Virus record (IMG/VR): IMGVR_UViG_3300020036_002522
Source of the DNA: a virus
Strand: one strand, 5' to 3'
Length of the DNA stretch: 64,000 bases
In this document: piece after piece, positions 35,877 through 44,527 of the stretch
Position numbering within the stretch: the stretch's first letter is position 1
How the letters are laid out: each line of letters begins with the position of its first letter
The notes under the pieces: model-generated
Database searches by the model: none
Seen by the model: only the letters and a program-made list of their open reading frames with translations
Told to the model about the DNA's origin: nothing
Position numbers and translations under genes: made by a program

Positions 35877-36553
35877 ATACGTCCTGTGCGCGGAACCAAT
35901 CTGAGCGTTGCCTTTTCCCGGTCCTCCGAAATTGCGGCATCCCACGCGGCATCGTACTGTTGCTGTAGTACAGGCAGGCGATCTATACCGCCGGGTATCT
36001 TCAAGGCCAAGTAGTATGCCAACCCCGCAACCAAAGCAGGTAGAAAGCGGTACGGAACATCTTGTGTCGTCGCCCCCGCATCCTGAATGCGCCGTAAGCG
36101 CCAGTACACCAGCGTGTAGGTTGACGCAGCGTCAGGAACTGGCCACACCGTAATCTGTGGCGCTATGAGCCGTTGAATCCATAACTGCAACGGGCGTCCC
36201 GTGGATAGTTTGTTTGGTATCGCAGCATATGTCGACGCGCTGATGCGCTGCATGGACAGGTCGGCTTGTGTCGATACGCTTCCGGCACCGGTGCGGATTA
36301 CATATTCCATGAGATCAACAGTGTCCGCTGGCAATACGTACGTCGCGGTACCCGCAACCATCGCGATGGTTCCTGAGTCAATGGTCCATAAATTCAGCCC
36401 TTGGTTTGCCCACGCGGCAAATAATAGGTTCAGCGATATGCGGGTGGTACGTAGGTCATATCCTGAACGAATTTCTGCGCCGCAGCGAGCCCACGCTTCA
36501 TCCGCCAGTTCCGTAAAGTCTAGGTCAAACGTGGTGGTGCCCGAGGTAGCCAT
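35873..36553 (-). CDS. virion structural protein (226 aa)
   Basis: ORF in the head-tail joining region. No motif recognised. Confidence 0.5.
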   Translation of the reverse strand: MATSGTTTFDLDFTELADEAWARCGAEIRSGYDLRTTRISLNLLFAAWANQGLNLWTIDSGTIAMVAGTATYVLPADTVDLMEYVIRTGAGSVSTQADLSMQRISASTYAAIPNKLSTGRPLQLWIQRLIAPQITVWPVPDAASTYTLVYWRLRRIQDAGATTQDVPYRFLPALVAGLAYYLALKIPGGIDRLPVLQQQYDAAWDAAISEDREKATLRLVPRTGRI

Positions 36554-36772
36554 TTAGCACCCGCCTTTGAAACCCTTGCCGCGTACTGCCGCACCGGTAC
36601 CGCGCACCGCGCCGCCGGCGGCGAACGGCTTGCCCTTCTTAGCGTCTTCGGACTTCTCGCCACGCGCGTACTGCGCCGGTGAAATCTTGCCGGATTTGAT
36701 GGCGCGGGCTTCCTTCATTTCTTCCTTGAAGTTGTCCTTGCCTTTGAACAGGCTACTCATTTTGGTTGCCAT
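36554..36772 (-). CDS. small Lys/Gly-rich basic protein
   Basis: 72 aa, ending KGKPFAAGGAVRGTGAAVRGKGFKGGC. It abuts its neighbours with no gap. Confidence 0.45.
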   Translation of the reverse strand: MATKMSSLFKGKDNFKEEMKEARAIKSGKISPAQYARGEKSEDAKKGKPFAAGGAVRGTGAAVRGKGFKGGC

Positions 36773-36774
36773 GA

Positions 36775-37035
36775 TTAAATGTACCTTCCACGGGTTTTAC
36801 CCTTTGCTTCCACACCGCCGCCTTTGGCGTATTTCTTGACCTTGCCTCCGCAAGCCATGCCTCCCGTACGCTCGGGAAGCTGCGCTGGTGGGGCGCTCTG
36901 GCGCCCTTGCAGCATCTGTTGAATCCGGGCCCGCTGCACTGCACCGACGGTGCGCGTATCCGCTTCCGGCTCCGCTGCGCGCGTCTTGGCAGCCAGTGCT
37001 GCCAGTACCCGGGGGTCAATCTGCTTACGTGCCAT
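36775..37035 (-). CDS. small Lys/Gly-rich basic protein
   Basis: 86 aa, ending GGMACGGKVKKYAKGGGVEAKGKTRGRYI. Confidence 0.45.
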   Translation of the reverse strand: MARKQIDPRVLAALAAKTRAAEPEADTRTVGAVQRARIQQMLQGRQSAPPAQLPERTGGMACGGKVKKYAKGGGVEAKGKTRGRYI

Positions 37036-37038
37036 ACG

Positions 37039-37410
37039 TTACTCCAAAAGGGGGGTTTCCGCCACCGGCGCAGGTATCACCGAAGCGCAAAAGCTCTCGC
37101 ACTCAGCAAGCGTTGGCGGAGTCTCGTCGGGCCAGCGTGCGGCGTAGTCTTGCGCGACAACAGCATGCAGCATTGCCGGGTTTGCGATCAGGATTGGGAC
37201 TTGATCGTGAAATTCCTGCTGACACGGCGTGCTGACAAAGATCGTGTCACCGTAAATAGGCTCGGGCATTTCGCCTTCGGTGTAGCCGATGATCGTTCGG
37301 TTCCAGCTTGCAGCGCCGCCGCTATCAGGATCAAGCGCGGCACCGATCTTCGCGGCAATTTCTGCTTGGCTTGCCGGGACTTCGATACGTACTGCGTAGT
37401 TGTAGCTCAT
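37039..37410 (-). CDS. hypothetical protein
   Basis: 123-aa ORF, tightly packed. Confidence 0.45.
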   Translation of the reverse strand: MSYNYAVRIEVPASQAEIAAKIGAALDPDSGGAASWNRTIIGYTEGEMPEPIYGDTIFVSTPCQQEFHDQVPILIANPAMLHAVVAQDYAARWPDETPPTLAECESFCASVIPAPVAETPLLE

Positions 37411-37411
37411 A

Positions 37412-37708
37412 TCAATGCACCCATCCGAAACAGTGTTTTGTCTCCTCCGCGACGATCCAATCCGGACTATCTTCTGGCATCCTGATAGTGCATTGCGTGA
37501 AGTCTGCGTTGTTGGTCGCGCAGGCGTTGATGCGGCCGGGAGCGTTGCCGCAAGACTTTGGAGTCTCTTTGATCCAAGTGATCGTTATGGTGTCTACGTT
37601 CTGCTTGCGGGTCATTGGCAGCTTGTCACAACCAGTTATCCCGGTCACGAGAATCAGCACGGCCAGTATCAGGTAAACAGTGGCGGCGAATTTGATGTAT
37701 TGAGTCAT
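37412..37708 (-). CDS. phage lipoprotein
   Basis: MTQYIKFAATVYLILAVLILVTGITGCDK reads as a signal peptide plus the lipobox ITGC. The mature part is ~70 aa with 5 further Cys. Confidence 0.65.
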   Translation of the reverse strand: MTQYIKFAATVYLILAVLILVTGITGCDKLPMTRKQNVDTITITWIKETPKSCGNAPGRINACATNNADFTQCTIRMPEDSPDWIVAEETKHCFGWVH

Positions 37709-37710
37709 GA

Positions 37711-39408
37711 TCAGAACGTAGCCATTCCGGGGAACTGTGAACCGACGAGTCTTTCAACTGTGAGGCAATCAGCGTCGCTCAGTGCTACCGGGAGTGCGAC
37801 TACCCAACCGAATGCGCCGTTGGTTGGAAAAGATGTGCCGTCAAACGCAGTGCCGATTCGTGCGCCGGTTGTTGCTGCGAATACCTGTGCTGTGGCGGCA
37901 GTTGCGACTTGCGTTCCTAGCTTGCGAATCACTGCTGTGCCCGCAGAAAGCCTGCATGTAAGTACAAAAGGAACACCCGCGACTATCATCCACGCAGCCG
38001 TTGTTACAAGAATGACAACGGATTTTTTCGTGAACGAAACTTCACCGTTTGACGCCATGGAGATTTGGACGCCATTAGCATCCTCTCCAAATAGCACGGT
38101 GTTGGCAGGCAATGTATTAACCCTCCCCGCGATCACAATCGTGCAAGCATTCGTGATCCCGAGATTGCCGGATAGCAAGCTGTCATTGCTACCGTCGAAT
38201 GACCACCAGTATTTACCTGCGCTTGGGTTGCTGGCTGCTGTTGTGGTTGTGCTGGTTATCCCACCCTCGGCAACGATCTGAGCCGCAGTCCATGCCCCAT
38301 CGAATAGCCCACCACCCCAAGCATAAAAATAGAGTCCGTTTGTAATCGTTCCGCCTGCTCCGAAGTACAGCCCAAGCGAGTTACCAATCGTTATCCCGGA
38401 AGTGCATGTAATTCGGCAAATCTTCCAGCCGTTGCTTCTGTAATCAGTAAATTCATACGTCCCGTACGCACTCGAACCCGAACTGTTTGCTCCCGCGTAG
38501 GAAACATCGACAAGAATTGTGGCCGTCGTTGCGTTGCGGAAAACAAATCTAGGAGTTGTGTAGGTGCCGTCTTTGAAGACAAACACAAAGGTTTGCGTCG
38601 TGCTCGTTGCAACTTTGTCAGTACGTAACAAAGGGGCTCCAACCGCAGTGGCGGTAAGTTTTCTGCCGCTTGAATCTCCAGTTGGAGACAATATATCGCT
38701 CGCTGCATTTGTCCAGTTTGTTGCAGGCCAAGCATCATTGCTTACATCAAGCGAGTAGGTGAGCAAATTCAGCATCCCCCTTCTCACAAGCGGTTTGTTT
38801 GCTGTCGTGGGTTGGGTTAGGTGGGTGCCTGTGTAGGGCTTACATGAAAACGAAGTGATCGTAGTGAAGCCTGCGGTTGTGTTCATCAAATAGATATTTG
38901 CAACGTCCGTCCAAGCACAAGTGAGCGTTAGGGTGAATGCTCCAGTAGATGCAGCAGTTGAATTTGTCAACGTGCTGGGGTTTCTGAGATATATCTGCGT
39001 CGCTGTCGTAGTACCCGTGACCGTAATCGTGTAAGTGACCCCGAGAGATATAAGACCGTTCACCGTTAAAACGCCGCCGGCAGAGGTTGTCGTGAACGTG
39101 TTTGTGGTTCTGGCAGAAACACCACCGGCAGTACCGTAAGTTGTGAAGTCATAAGTACCAACCAGCTCACTCCCCAGACTCCCCATCCCATCCAGATCAA
39201 GCCCAACAACACCATCAACCGTGCTGTAGCCTGTGCTGCCGTCACTGAGCAGGTAGTTATTGCTGGGCAGCGATGCGACTGATACGCCGTTTGCGCCGGG
39301 GAGCCAGACGTGGGCGGAGGTGCCAAGGGAGCGCAGGAGGGCGATGGCTCGCTGTGCTAGAGACAAGCCGCGGGTTGCCACAATACTGAAACCAAAGCCG
39401 AACGACAT
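37711..39408 (-). CDS. tail fibre / receptor-binding candidate with LamG-like (concanavalin-type) C-terminal domain
   Basis: The ATG at 39408 lies 2 nt after the upstream TAA; the alternative start is 39456. The C-terminal WWSFDGSNDSL...IVIAGRVN...FGWVVALPVALSDADCLTVERL pattern recalls Laminin-G-like lectin folds. Confidence 0.5.
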   Translation of the reverse strand: MSFGFGFSIVATRGLSLAQRAIALLRSLGTSAHVWLPGANGVSVASLPSNNYLLSDGSTGYSTVDGVVGLDLDGMGSLGSELVGTYDFTTYGTAGGVSARTTNTFTTTSAGGVLTVNGLISLGVTYTITVTGTTTATQIYLRNPSTLTNSTAASTGAFTLTLTCAWTDVANIYLMNTTAGFTTITSFSCKPYTGTHLTQPTTANKPLVRRGMLNLLTYSLDVSNDAWPATNWTNAASDILSPTGDSSGRKLTATAVGAPLLRTDKVATSTTQTFVFVFKDGTYTTPRFVFRNATTATILVDVSYAGANSSGSSAYGTYEFTDYRSNGWKICRITCTSGITIGNSLGLYFGAGGTITNGLYFYAWGGGLFDGAWTAAQIVAEGGITSTTTTAASNPSAGKYWWSFDGSNDSLLSGNLGITNACTIVIAGRVNTLPANTVLFGEDANGVQISMASNGEVSFTKKSVVILVTTAAWMIVAGVPFVLTCRLSAGTAVIRKLGTQVATAATAQVFAATTGARIGTAFDGTSFPTNGAFGWVVALPVALSDADCLTVERLVGSQFPGMATF

Positions 39409-39410
39409 AA

Positions 39411-39668
39411 TTAGTAAATCCGTAGCATGTACGTGGCCGTAGTGCCCGTACTCCACACACGGATTACTTGCACGGGTAGCACGCCACCCGAAATAACGCC
39501 GACAAAGGTTACTGTATCCCCCTGCGCCGTTGTCACTTTGACGTCTCCGGAACCCCCGACATAAACCACGGAAGGGGTAGTCAGGTCTGCGGAGTCACTC
39601 GGCGTGATAGCCGTCGCACCCCCCGGGAACATGGGGAATGTCGGGCTGTAGTTCGTTTGGCGTCCCAT
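39411..39668 (-). CDS. small virion protein (possibly spike-base-like)
   Basis: 85 aa. ITPSDSADL...VYVGGSGDVKV...GVLPVQVIRVWSTGTTA recalls the short GTA rcc01079-type family. This is from memory only. Confidence 0.35.
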   Translation of the reverse strand: MGRQTNYSPTFPMFPGGATAITPSDSADLTTPSVVYVGGSGDVKVTTAQGDTVTFVGVISGGVLPVQVIRVWSTGTTATYMLRIY

Positions 39669-39677
39669 GGGAACTCC

Positions 39678-40157
39678 TTACGCGGTGCGTGTGAACGTAT
39701 AGGCAGTAGCGCTGGAGAACATCAGCGTGAAGCGCCCCTGCCCTGTAACGCCGGAGGCAATGGTGAGGTCACCGAAGCTGGTTTCCGCTGAGTCATCGGC
39801 GCCTGTAGACAGGATACCGTTGGTTGCCACTGCGATCGTCACCGTGTTGGCCCCAGCCGTGTTGTCGATGTACAGATCAAAGGTTGTACCCTGCACCGCG
39901 CCCAGCTCAGTCCCCAACAGCGTGCCTGTGGGCAGCGTGATGGTCGTTGCGGCAGCCGACGTGGAGGTGATGTAGCCCGTCGCGACTTCTGCGGCCGTAG
40001 CGGTCGCTGTGGCATTGATGGCGGCGGTCAGACGCGTGATGGCGCCTTTTGTGCTGGTACTGTAGGGGACGGTGATGGCGCCGGTGGTGGCGTTCTTCAC
40101 GATATTCTGGAAGCCGTTTTCCGAGCGTACTGGGCCGTTGAAGGTGGAGGAACCCAT
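39678..40157 (-). CDS. virion structural protein (head fibre/decoration-like)
   Basis: 159 aa starting MGSSTFNGPVRSENGF. Ala/Thr-rich. Confidence 0.45.
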   Translation of the reverse strand: MGSSTFNGPVRSENGFQNIVKNATTGAITVPYSTSTKGAITRLTAAINATATATAAEVATGYITSTSAAATTITLPTGTLLGTELGAVQGTTFDLYIDNTAGANTVTIAVATNGILSTGADDSAETSFGDLTIASGVTGQGRFTLMFSSATAYTFTRTA

Positions 40158-40280
40158 GATTTTTTCCTTACAAGCAAGTAGGCGTATCTGTCTGCTTGTC
40201 GTCAGCCGGACCTGTCAGATACACCGGAAGTTCCGGGGTATCTGAGTTATATCACACCCCCGCTAGGGGTGCAAGGGATT

Positions 40281-40369
40281 TGGTGGAAGTGATAGGAATC
40301 GAACCTATTCACCCTTTACGAGAACGGGGTTACAGCCCGCTGCGCCTCTCCAAACTGCGCCGCACTTCC
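40281..40369 (-). tRNA. tRNA-Tyr (anticodon GTA), class II with long variable arm, CCA encoded
   Basis: The reverse complement reads GGAAGTG-CG-GCGC-AGTTTGGAGAG-GCGC-A-GCGGG-CTGTAAC-CCCGT-(15-nt variable arm)-ATAGG-TTCGATT-CCTAT-CACTTCC-ACCA. Confidence 0.85.
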
Positions 40370-40387
40370 GTGCGGATCAATATCGGG

Positions 40388-40465
40388 TGGTCTGTGCGGC
40401 TGGATTCGAACCAGCGACCCCGCGCTTCCAAAGCGCGAACTCTGACCAAACTGAGCTACGCACAG
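40388..40465 (-). tRNA. tRNA-Pro (anticodon TGG), CCA encoded
   Basis: The reverse complement reads CTGTGCG-TA-GCTC-AGTTTGGTCA-GAGT-T-CGCGC-TTTGGAA-GCGCG-GGGTC-GCTGG-TTCGAAT-CCAGC-CGCACAG-A-CCA. C1:G72 and A73 are as in bacterial tRNA-Pro. Confidence 0.85.
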
Positions 40466-40516
40466 AGGTCTTGGGTCGCGGGGAAGATGGAGTTTTCATG
40501 GTGAAGGGGGAGTGTA

Positions 40517-41428
40517 CTACACCTTCTTCCGGGCAGCAAGCATTTTCGCCCGCCATACGGGGTCGGCCCACTTCGCCTTGATCGCCGCTGCTTTTGCCGC
40601 CTTCACCTCCGGGCGATTGGCCAGCTCCTTGTTGTTTGCGGACTGCATGGCGGCATAGCCGGGGTCGGCCCACTGTGCCTTGGATTGGGCGCTTGTCTTG
40701 GCTTTGGAAGCGTCAGTATTGCGCGCGGCTTTTATGCCTGCGGCCATTTTGTCGCCCACCGCTACCCACCGCGCCTTGCTGGCAATGGACTTCTTCTCCA
40801 GCACTTCGGGGCGCTGCTGTGCGACGCTCTGTGAAGCGCGCACCTTCGCCACATACTCCGGGTCTTGCCACATCTTTTCGGTAGCGGCCTTCATAGTTTC
40901 CCTGAAGGCGTCGGTGTGGATGAACGCGGCCTTGCCGGCTTCGCGGCGCGCGATAACTTCTGGGTCTTTCAGGGCGAGGCGAATGGCTGCGGTTGTTTTC
41001 TCCCTGTATTCTGCGTTATTCCAGCGTACGCCGACGGCCATCGCATTACGCTGCTTTTGGGCATCCGTGCTCAACGCTGCAGATATTCTGGCAGCCCACT
41101 CCGGCGTGCGCACGATGCCGCCAAAGCCTTCGCCGCCGTCGGTAAGGTTGAGCAGCGTGCCGGTCTTTAGGTCGCGGCGTCCGTACAGCGCTATCAAGCG
41201 TATTTCCTCGAAGAACGCCTCGGCCTCGTCCATGCCCTCACGGGTTATTTCGATCACTGGCTCCAACCCCTCGCGCCGCAGCACCGCCAGCAAATTACCG
41301 AAGCCCGGGTTGTGCTTAACCTGTTTCTCCCAATGCATCCATGCGCGGCGGCCTTGGCCTTTGCCCGCATAGACGACCTGCATGTTCTTTGTGGGGCGAG
41401 GGTCTTTGTAAACGTATGTGTAAAACAT
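40517..41428 (-). CDS. GIY-YIG homing endonuclease with NUMOD3-like repeats
   Basis: 303 aa. The N-terminus YTYVYKDP...VVYAGKGQGRR matches GIY-(10)-YIG. The C-terminal half has repeated PEW/PEY..A+.SAAL-type modules (EWAARISAAL, EYREKTTAAI, EYVAKVRASQ, PEVKAAKAAAI). GGAG lies 6 nt upstream of the ATG. Confidence 0.75.
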   Translation of the reverse strand: MFYTYVYKDPRPTKNMQVVYAGKGQGRRAWMHWEKQVKHNPGFGNLLAVLRREGLEPVIEITREGMDEAEAFFEEIRLIALYGRRDLKTGTLLNLTDGGEGFGGIVRTPEWAARISAALSTDAQKQRNAMAVGVRWNNAEYREKTTAAIRLALKDPEVIARREAGKAAFIHTDAFRETMKAATEKMWQDPEYVAKVRASQSVAQQRPEVLEKKSIASKARWVAVGDKMAAGIKAARNTDASKAKTSAQSKAQWADPGYAAMQSANNKELANRPEVKAAKAAAIKAKWADPVWRAKMLAARKKV

Positions 41429-41453
41429 TTGATACTCCGGTTGTTATGCCTGA

Positions 41454-41481
41454 AGTATACATGATCTACGGAGATTGTCAA
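41454..41481 (-). promoter_or_regulatory. near-consensus sigma70 promoter TTGACA-N16-TATACT for the homing endonuclease (and probably the tRNAs)
   Basis: On the minus strand the -35 is at 41481-41476 and the -10 at 41459-41454. It lies between the capsid terminator and the endonuclease ATG. Confidence 0.6.
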
Positions 41482-41512
41482 ATTTATGTAGTTTTACATA
41501 AAATACCGACGT

Positions 41513-41539
41513 AAAAAAGGGAGCCGTAGCTCCCTTTTT
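41513..41539 (-). terminator. intrinsic terminator after the major capsid gene (bidirectional shape)
   Basis: AAAAAA-GGGAGC-CGTA-GCTCCC-TTTTT, starting 24 nt downstream of the capsid stop. On the minus strand the stem is followed by TTTTTT. Confidence 0.7.
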
Positions 41540-41557
41540 GATAGCAGCAAACCCTTA

Positions 41558-42475
41558 TTAGGAGCTGCCTGGGGACCCAAACAGGCCCAACGGGTCCGAA
41601 ACTCCAAAAGAATACCTCGCACGCGATTTATAGCGGCAATTTCCAGTTTCAAAATCTCCGTCCATGGAGTTCGAAACCGCCACACGGTTGAAGTGCTTCA
41701 GTCCGTTTGGTACGTCTGTGAGCAAGAACCACGCATTGGTGTCGGTCAAGAAGTGATTCACGGTGTAGCCACCGGGAATGCTTCCATTGGACTTCAACGC
41801 ATTGATGTCGTTGTCGGCCGTACCCACGCGGTTCTGGGTTTCCAGCAAACGTGTTGCTGTAAACATCAGCGCAGGTGGGATCACCAGCTTCTTGGGCTTG
41901 GCAGCCAGCAGCAAACCGCGCTCGTCTGTCCAAGCAGCGATCTGAATCACAGCGTTTTCCAACGACGTTTCATTCAGGTCAGTACCCGTGGTAGGACGAT
42001 TGCTGTTGGTGCCGCCGGAGACCAGTGGGTGTGCCGTAGAGCACAGAACCACGCCGTCGCCATAGGTTGGATTGCCGGAGCCTGTGAACGCTGCATTCAG
42101 GATGTAGGCGCCCTTGACTTCCTTGGTGTAAGCCATTGCACGGGCCAAAGCCTTGGTGTAACGGGCCGACAGGGAGTCGTACAGGTTGTCTTCCATGGCC
42201 TCTTCGGTGATGGAGAACCCCATCGCGATGGTTTCATGGTTGTAACGAGCAGTCCACGCTTCTTGCGCGTTGTCGTAGCTGATGGCCTGACCCTCGTTTT
42301 TCACGGGGGCTGCACCAAAGCCGGACAGCTTGGTTTCTTCTTCGAAGGAACGCTCCGAACTTTCGGTTTCGTAGATTTCCTTGTACTCTTCGCCGTAGCG
42401 TTTGTACTCAAGACCAAACAAAGCATTCAGTCCGGGGAGAAGCTCCTTCAGGAGCTGGGCACGAGAAATAGCCAT
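41558..42475 (-). CDS. major capsid protein (Mu gpT-like)
   Basis: 305 aa. The N-terminus MAISRAQLLKELLPGLNALFG and the length match my memory of the Mu gpT-type head subunit. It lies downstream of the portal and scaffold and is followed by a strong terminator. Confidence 0.7.
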   Translation of the reverse strand: MAISRAQLLKELLPGLNALFGLEYKRYGEEYKEIYETESSERSFEEETKLSGFGAAPVKNEGQAISYDNAQEAWTARYNHETIAMGFSITEEAMEDNLYDSLSARYTKALARAMAYTKEVKGAYILNAAFTGSGNPTYGDGVVLCSTAHPLVSGGTNSNRPTTGTDLNETSLENAVIQIAAWTDERGLLLAAKPKKLVIPPALMFTATRLLETQNRVGTADNDINALKSNGSIPGGYTVNHFLTDTNAWFLLTDVPNGLKHFNRVAVSNSMDGDFETGNCRYKSRARYSFGVSDPLGLFGSPGSS

Positions 42476-42487
42476 GGTCGTTTCTCC

Positions 42488-43117
42488 TTACAGGCCGATT
42501 GGGCAAGAGTTGCTGTGGTAGCCCGCGTTGAACTTGACCAGCACGTCTGTGTAGGCGTCGCCCACAACAGAGAAACCAACCATATCAACAAAGCCGACGA
42601 TACGGAACGCGGCAGAACCTGCCTGAACCGTGGCATCCAGCGCGGACGTTGAGTTGCCCGTGGTGGTAGACCCTGTGCTGGTGCTCTGCACCGCAGCGAG
42701 ACCGGTGTTCGTTCCGAGTGCGGCTGCGGGGACGGTGCCGTCACATTGCGCTTGGAAAATCACACGGTCATCATCCACGACGTAGGCAACAGCGTCCGAC
42801 GCAACCGTGCCGGTGGGCCAGTATTGCGAGAAGATTTTCTGCTTGGTCGTGGGCTGTGTGTACGAACAGCCAACAAACACACCAGCGGCACCCGTGCGAG
42901 CGGTGGAGCCCGTGGGGAAGTCGTTGGTCGTTGCATCCATGCCGGTAGCAGTCACGATGGCGCAGGCGCCAGCGGCATTCGTGTAAACGATGCTGCCGTT
43001 AAAGATGTTCGTTCCGTAGCCGGAGGCGATCGGAATCATGCGGGTGCTGCCAGCGTATGGCAGACCCCCGACAAGGTTTACGGGTTTCAATCCGTAAGGG
43101 GTAGCAGTTGCAGACAT
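42488..43117 (-). CDS. head-associated protein (decoration/cement candidate)
   Basis: 209-aa ORF immediately upstream of the capsid gene. It looks beta-rich (GLKPVNLVGGLPYAGS...). Confidence 0.4.
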   Translation of the reverse strand: MSATATPYGLKPVNLVGGLPYAGSTRMIPIASGYGTNIFNGSIVYTNAAGACAIVTATGMDATTNDFPTGSTARTGAAGVFVGCSYTQPTTKQKIFSQYWPTGTVASDAVAYVVDDDRVIFQAQCDGTVPAAALGTNTGLAAVQSTSTGSTTTGNSTSALDATVQAGSAAFRIVGFVDMVGFSVVGDAYTDVLVKFNAGYHSNSCPIGL

Positions 43118-43137
43118 ATTTCAGTCCTCCTATGAAG

Positions 43138-43599
43138 TTAATTGCCCTTACCGAACGACGTTACCTTGGTACTACGCTCTTTGAAAAGCGGCATACGGGG
43201 GTCGTTCTCACGCATAAAGTTGTTGTCCACGGACTCCATCTGCGCCGACGCCAGTTGGCGAAAGTGCGCGTCACGTTGTTCAGTGAACTCAACCGGGGTT
43301 TTGCAAAGCAGCAGTCCGCCGATTTCAACGCTGTCCGGAAAGCGGTTCGAGGTGCCTCCGAGCAATGTGATTTCAGGGTGTTCCGACGCCTTGACGGGTT
43401 CCCATCCCTCGCGCATCTTTGAGGAAATGTTGATGGCATCTGGTGCATTCAGCGTACTCAGACGAATCCAGCGAAACGCGAAGCCGGGCTCCGGTGTTGG
43501 ATCAGGCAGCAGTGCCGGGGGCGACCATTTGGTCATCCGTTCCATGTTGCTCCGTTTGTCGAGTTCCCTTGGTGTACGTTCAGTGGTTGCCATTTTCAA
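43138..43599 (-). CDS. hypothetical head-module protein
   Basis: 153-aa ORF between the scaffold-like gene and the decoration candidate. Confidence 0.45.
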   Translation of the reverse strand: MKMATTERTPRELDKRSNMERMTKWSPPALLPDPTPEPGFAFRWIRLSTLNAPDAINISSKMREGWEPVKASEHPEITLLGGTSNRFPDSVEIGGLLLCKTPVEFTEQRDAHFRQLASAQMESVDNNFMRENDPRMPLFKERSTKVTSFGKGN

Positions 43600-44525
43600 T
43601 TCCTGTTCAGTTCCGCTACCGAGCGTGCATAGACATCCAGAGAGAGGCCCAGCTTCTTGGCGAGATTTACCTGCGTTTGAGTAAGTACGACTTTTGAAGA
43701 CGCTGTACTACGACTCGCTGGTGCTACGTTTGACCTGCTTTGCCGCGAAGGGGGTGCTGCGGCATTCCCTGCAAACGCTTCAGGGAATCTCTTTTGGACG
43801 TCAGCGTCGATACGTTTGTAGTATTCGTCACTGTCGACCTGAATGCCTGACTCAACAACCTTTTTGTGCAACGCCAGCGAATACGCTGTCATTCCTTCAT
43901 CAGTGCCAAACCAACGGTTTTGGTCTTTCCACGCACGTGTCTTGGCGCTGAGGACGGGTTGCTGAACCTGTGGGGCTGGTTGTATCACGTTTTGCTGTGG
44001 TTGTCCAGCGGGTGGCGTGAAATTACTTACACGTTCTGCGTTGATCGTGGCACGAGTAATTTGCTCCTGTGCCTCCATCATTGCGTCGGTGTCGAAGCTC
44101 TCGGACGCCGCCTTAAACGCGCGCTTGGCCTCTTCCAGCTTGGTCTTGGCCGTCTCCTTGGCCTGCTCCAGCAGCACCGTCTGGTTCTGGGTCAACGAAC
44201 CCTGTAGCCGCTGGTTCTCCGCAACGACCTGCTGGGCCACGCGCACGGCTTCTTCACGCTCGCGCAGCGCCGCTTCCTTGGCCCGGCGTTCCTCGTGGTA
44301 GCCCTTGCCCAGATGGGCCAGCCGGTCTTTCAGCTTCTGGTCACTGTACTTTGTAAGTTCCTCGTCAGTAACGTCGGCCGGAGCCTGCGCCATTGGTGTG
44401 CGACCCTTGTCCTCGTCCGGGGTGTCGTCGATGACCTGAATCTCGGGCTTGTCGGTGTCAAGGATCACACCGTCCGCGATTTCGTATTCGTATTTGTCTT
44501 CGGTTTTGTCGGTTGGGTCGGTCAT
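43596..44525 (-). CDS. scaffolding-like protein
   Basis: The ATG at 44525 has GGAGG 7 nt upstream; alternative starts are 44531 and 44576. It is acidic and Glu/Lys/Gln/Ala-rich helical, and lies between the portal and the capsid gene. Confidence 0.5.
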   Translation of the reverse strand: MTDPTDKTEDKYEYEIADGVILDTDKPEIQVIDDTPDEDKGRTPMAQAPADVTDEELTKYSDQKLKDRLAHLGKGYHEERRAKEAALREREEAVRVAQQVVAENQRLQGSLTQNQTVLLEQAKETAKTKLEEAKRAFKAASESFDTDAMMEAQEQITRATINAERVSNFTPPAGQPQQNVIQPAPQVQQPVLSAKTRAWKDQNRWFGTDEGMTAYSLALHKKVVESGIQVDSDEYYKRIDADVQKRFPEAFAGNAAAPPSRQSRSNVAPASRSTASSKVVLTQTQVNLAKKLGLSLDVYARSVAELNRN

Positions 44526-44527
44526 GT

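Noticed and set aside
40281-40465. The tRNA pair as a prophage attachment or integration site
   Set aside because: No integrase or recombinase is present, there are no flanking host genes, and both tRNAs are complete with phage genes on both sides. I read them as phage-encoded tRNAs.
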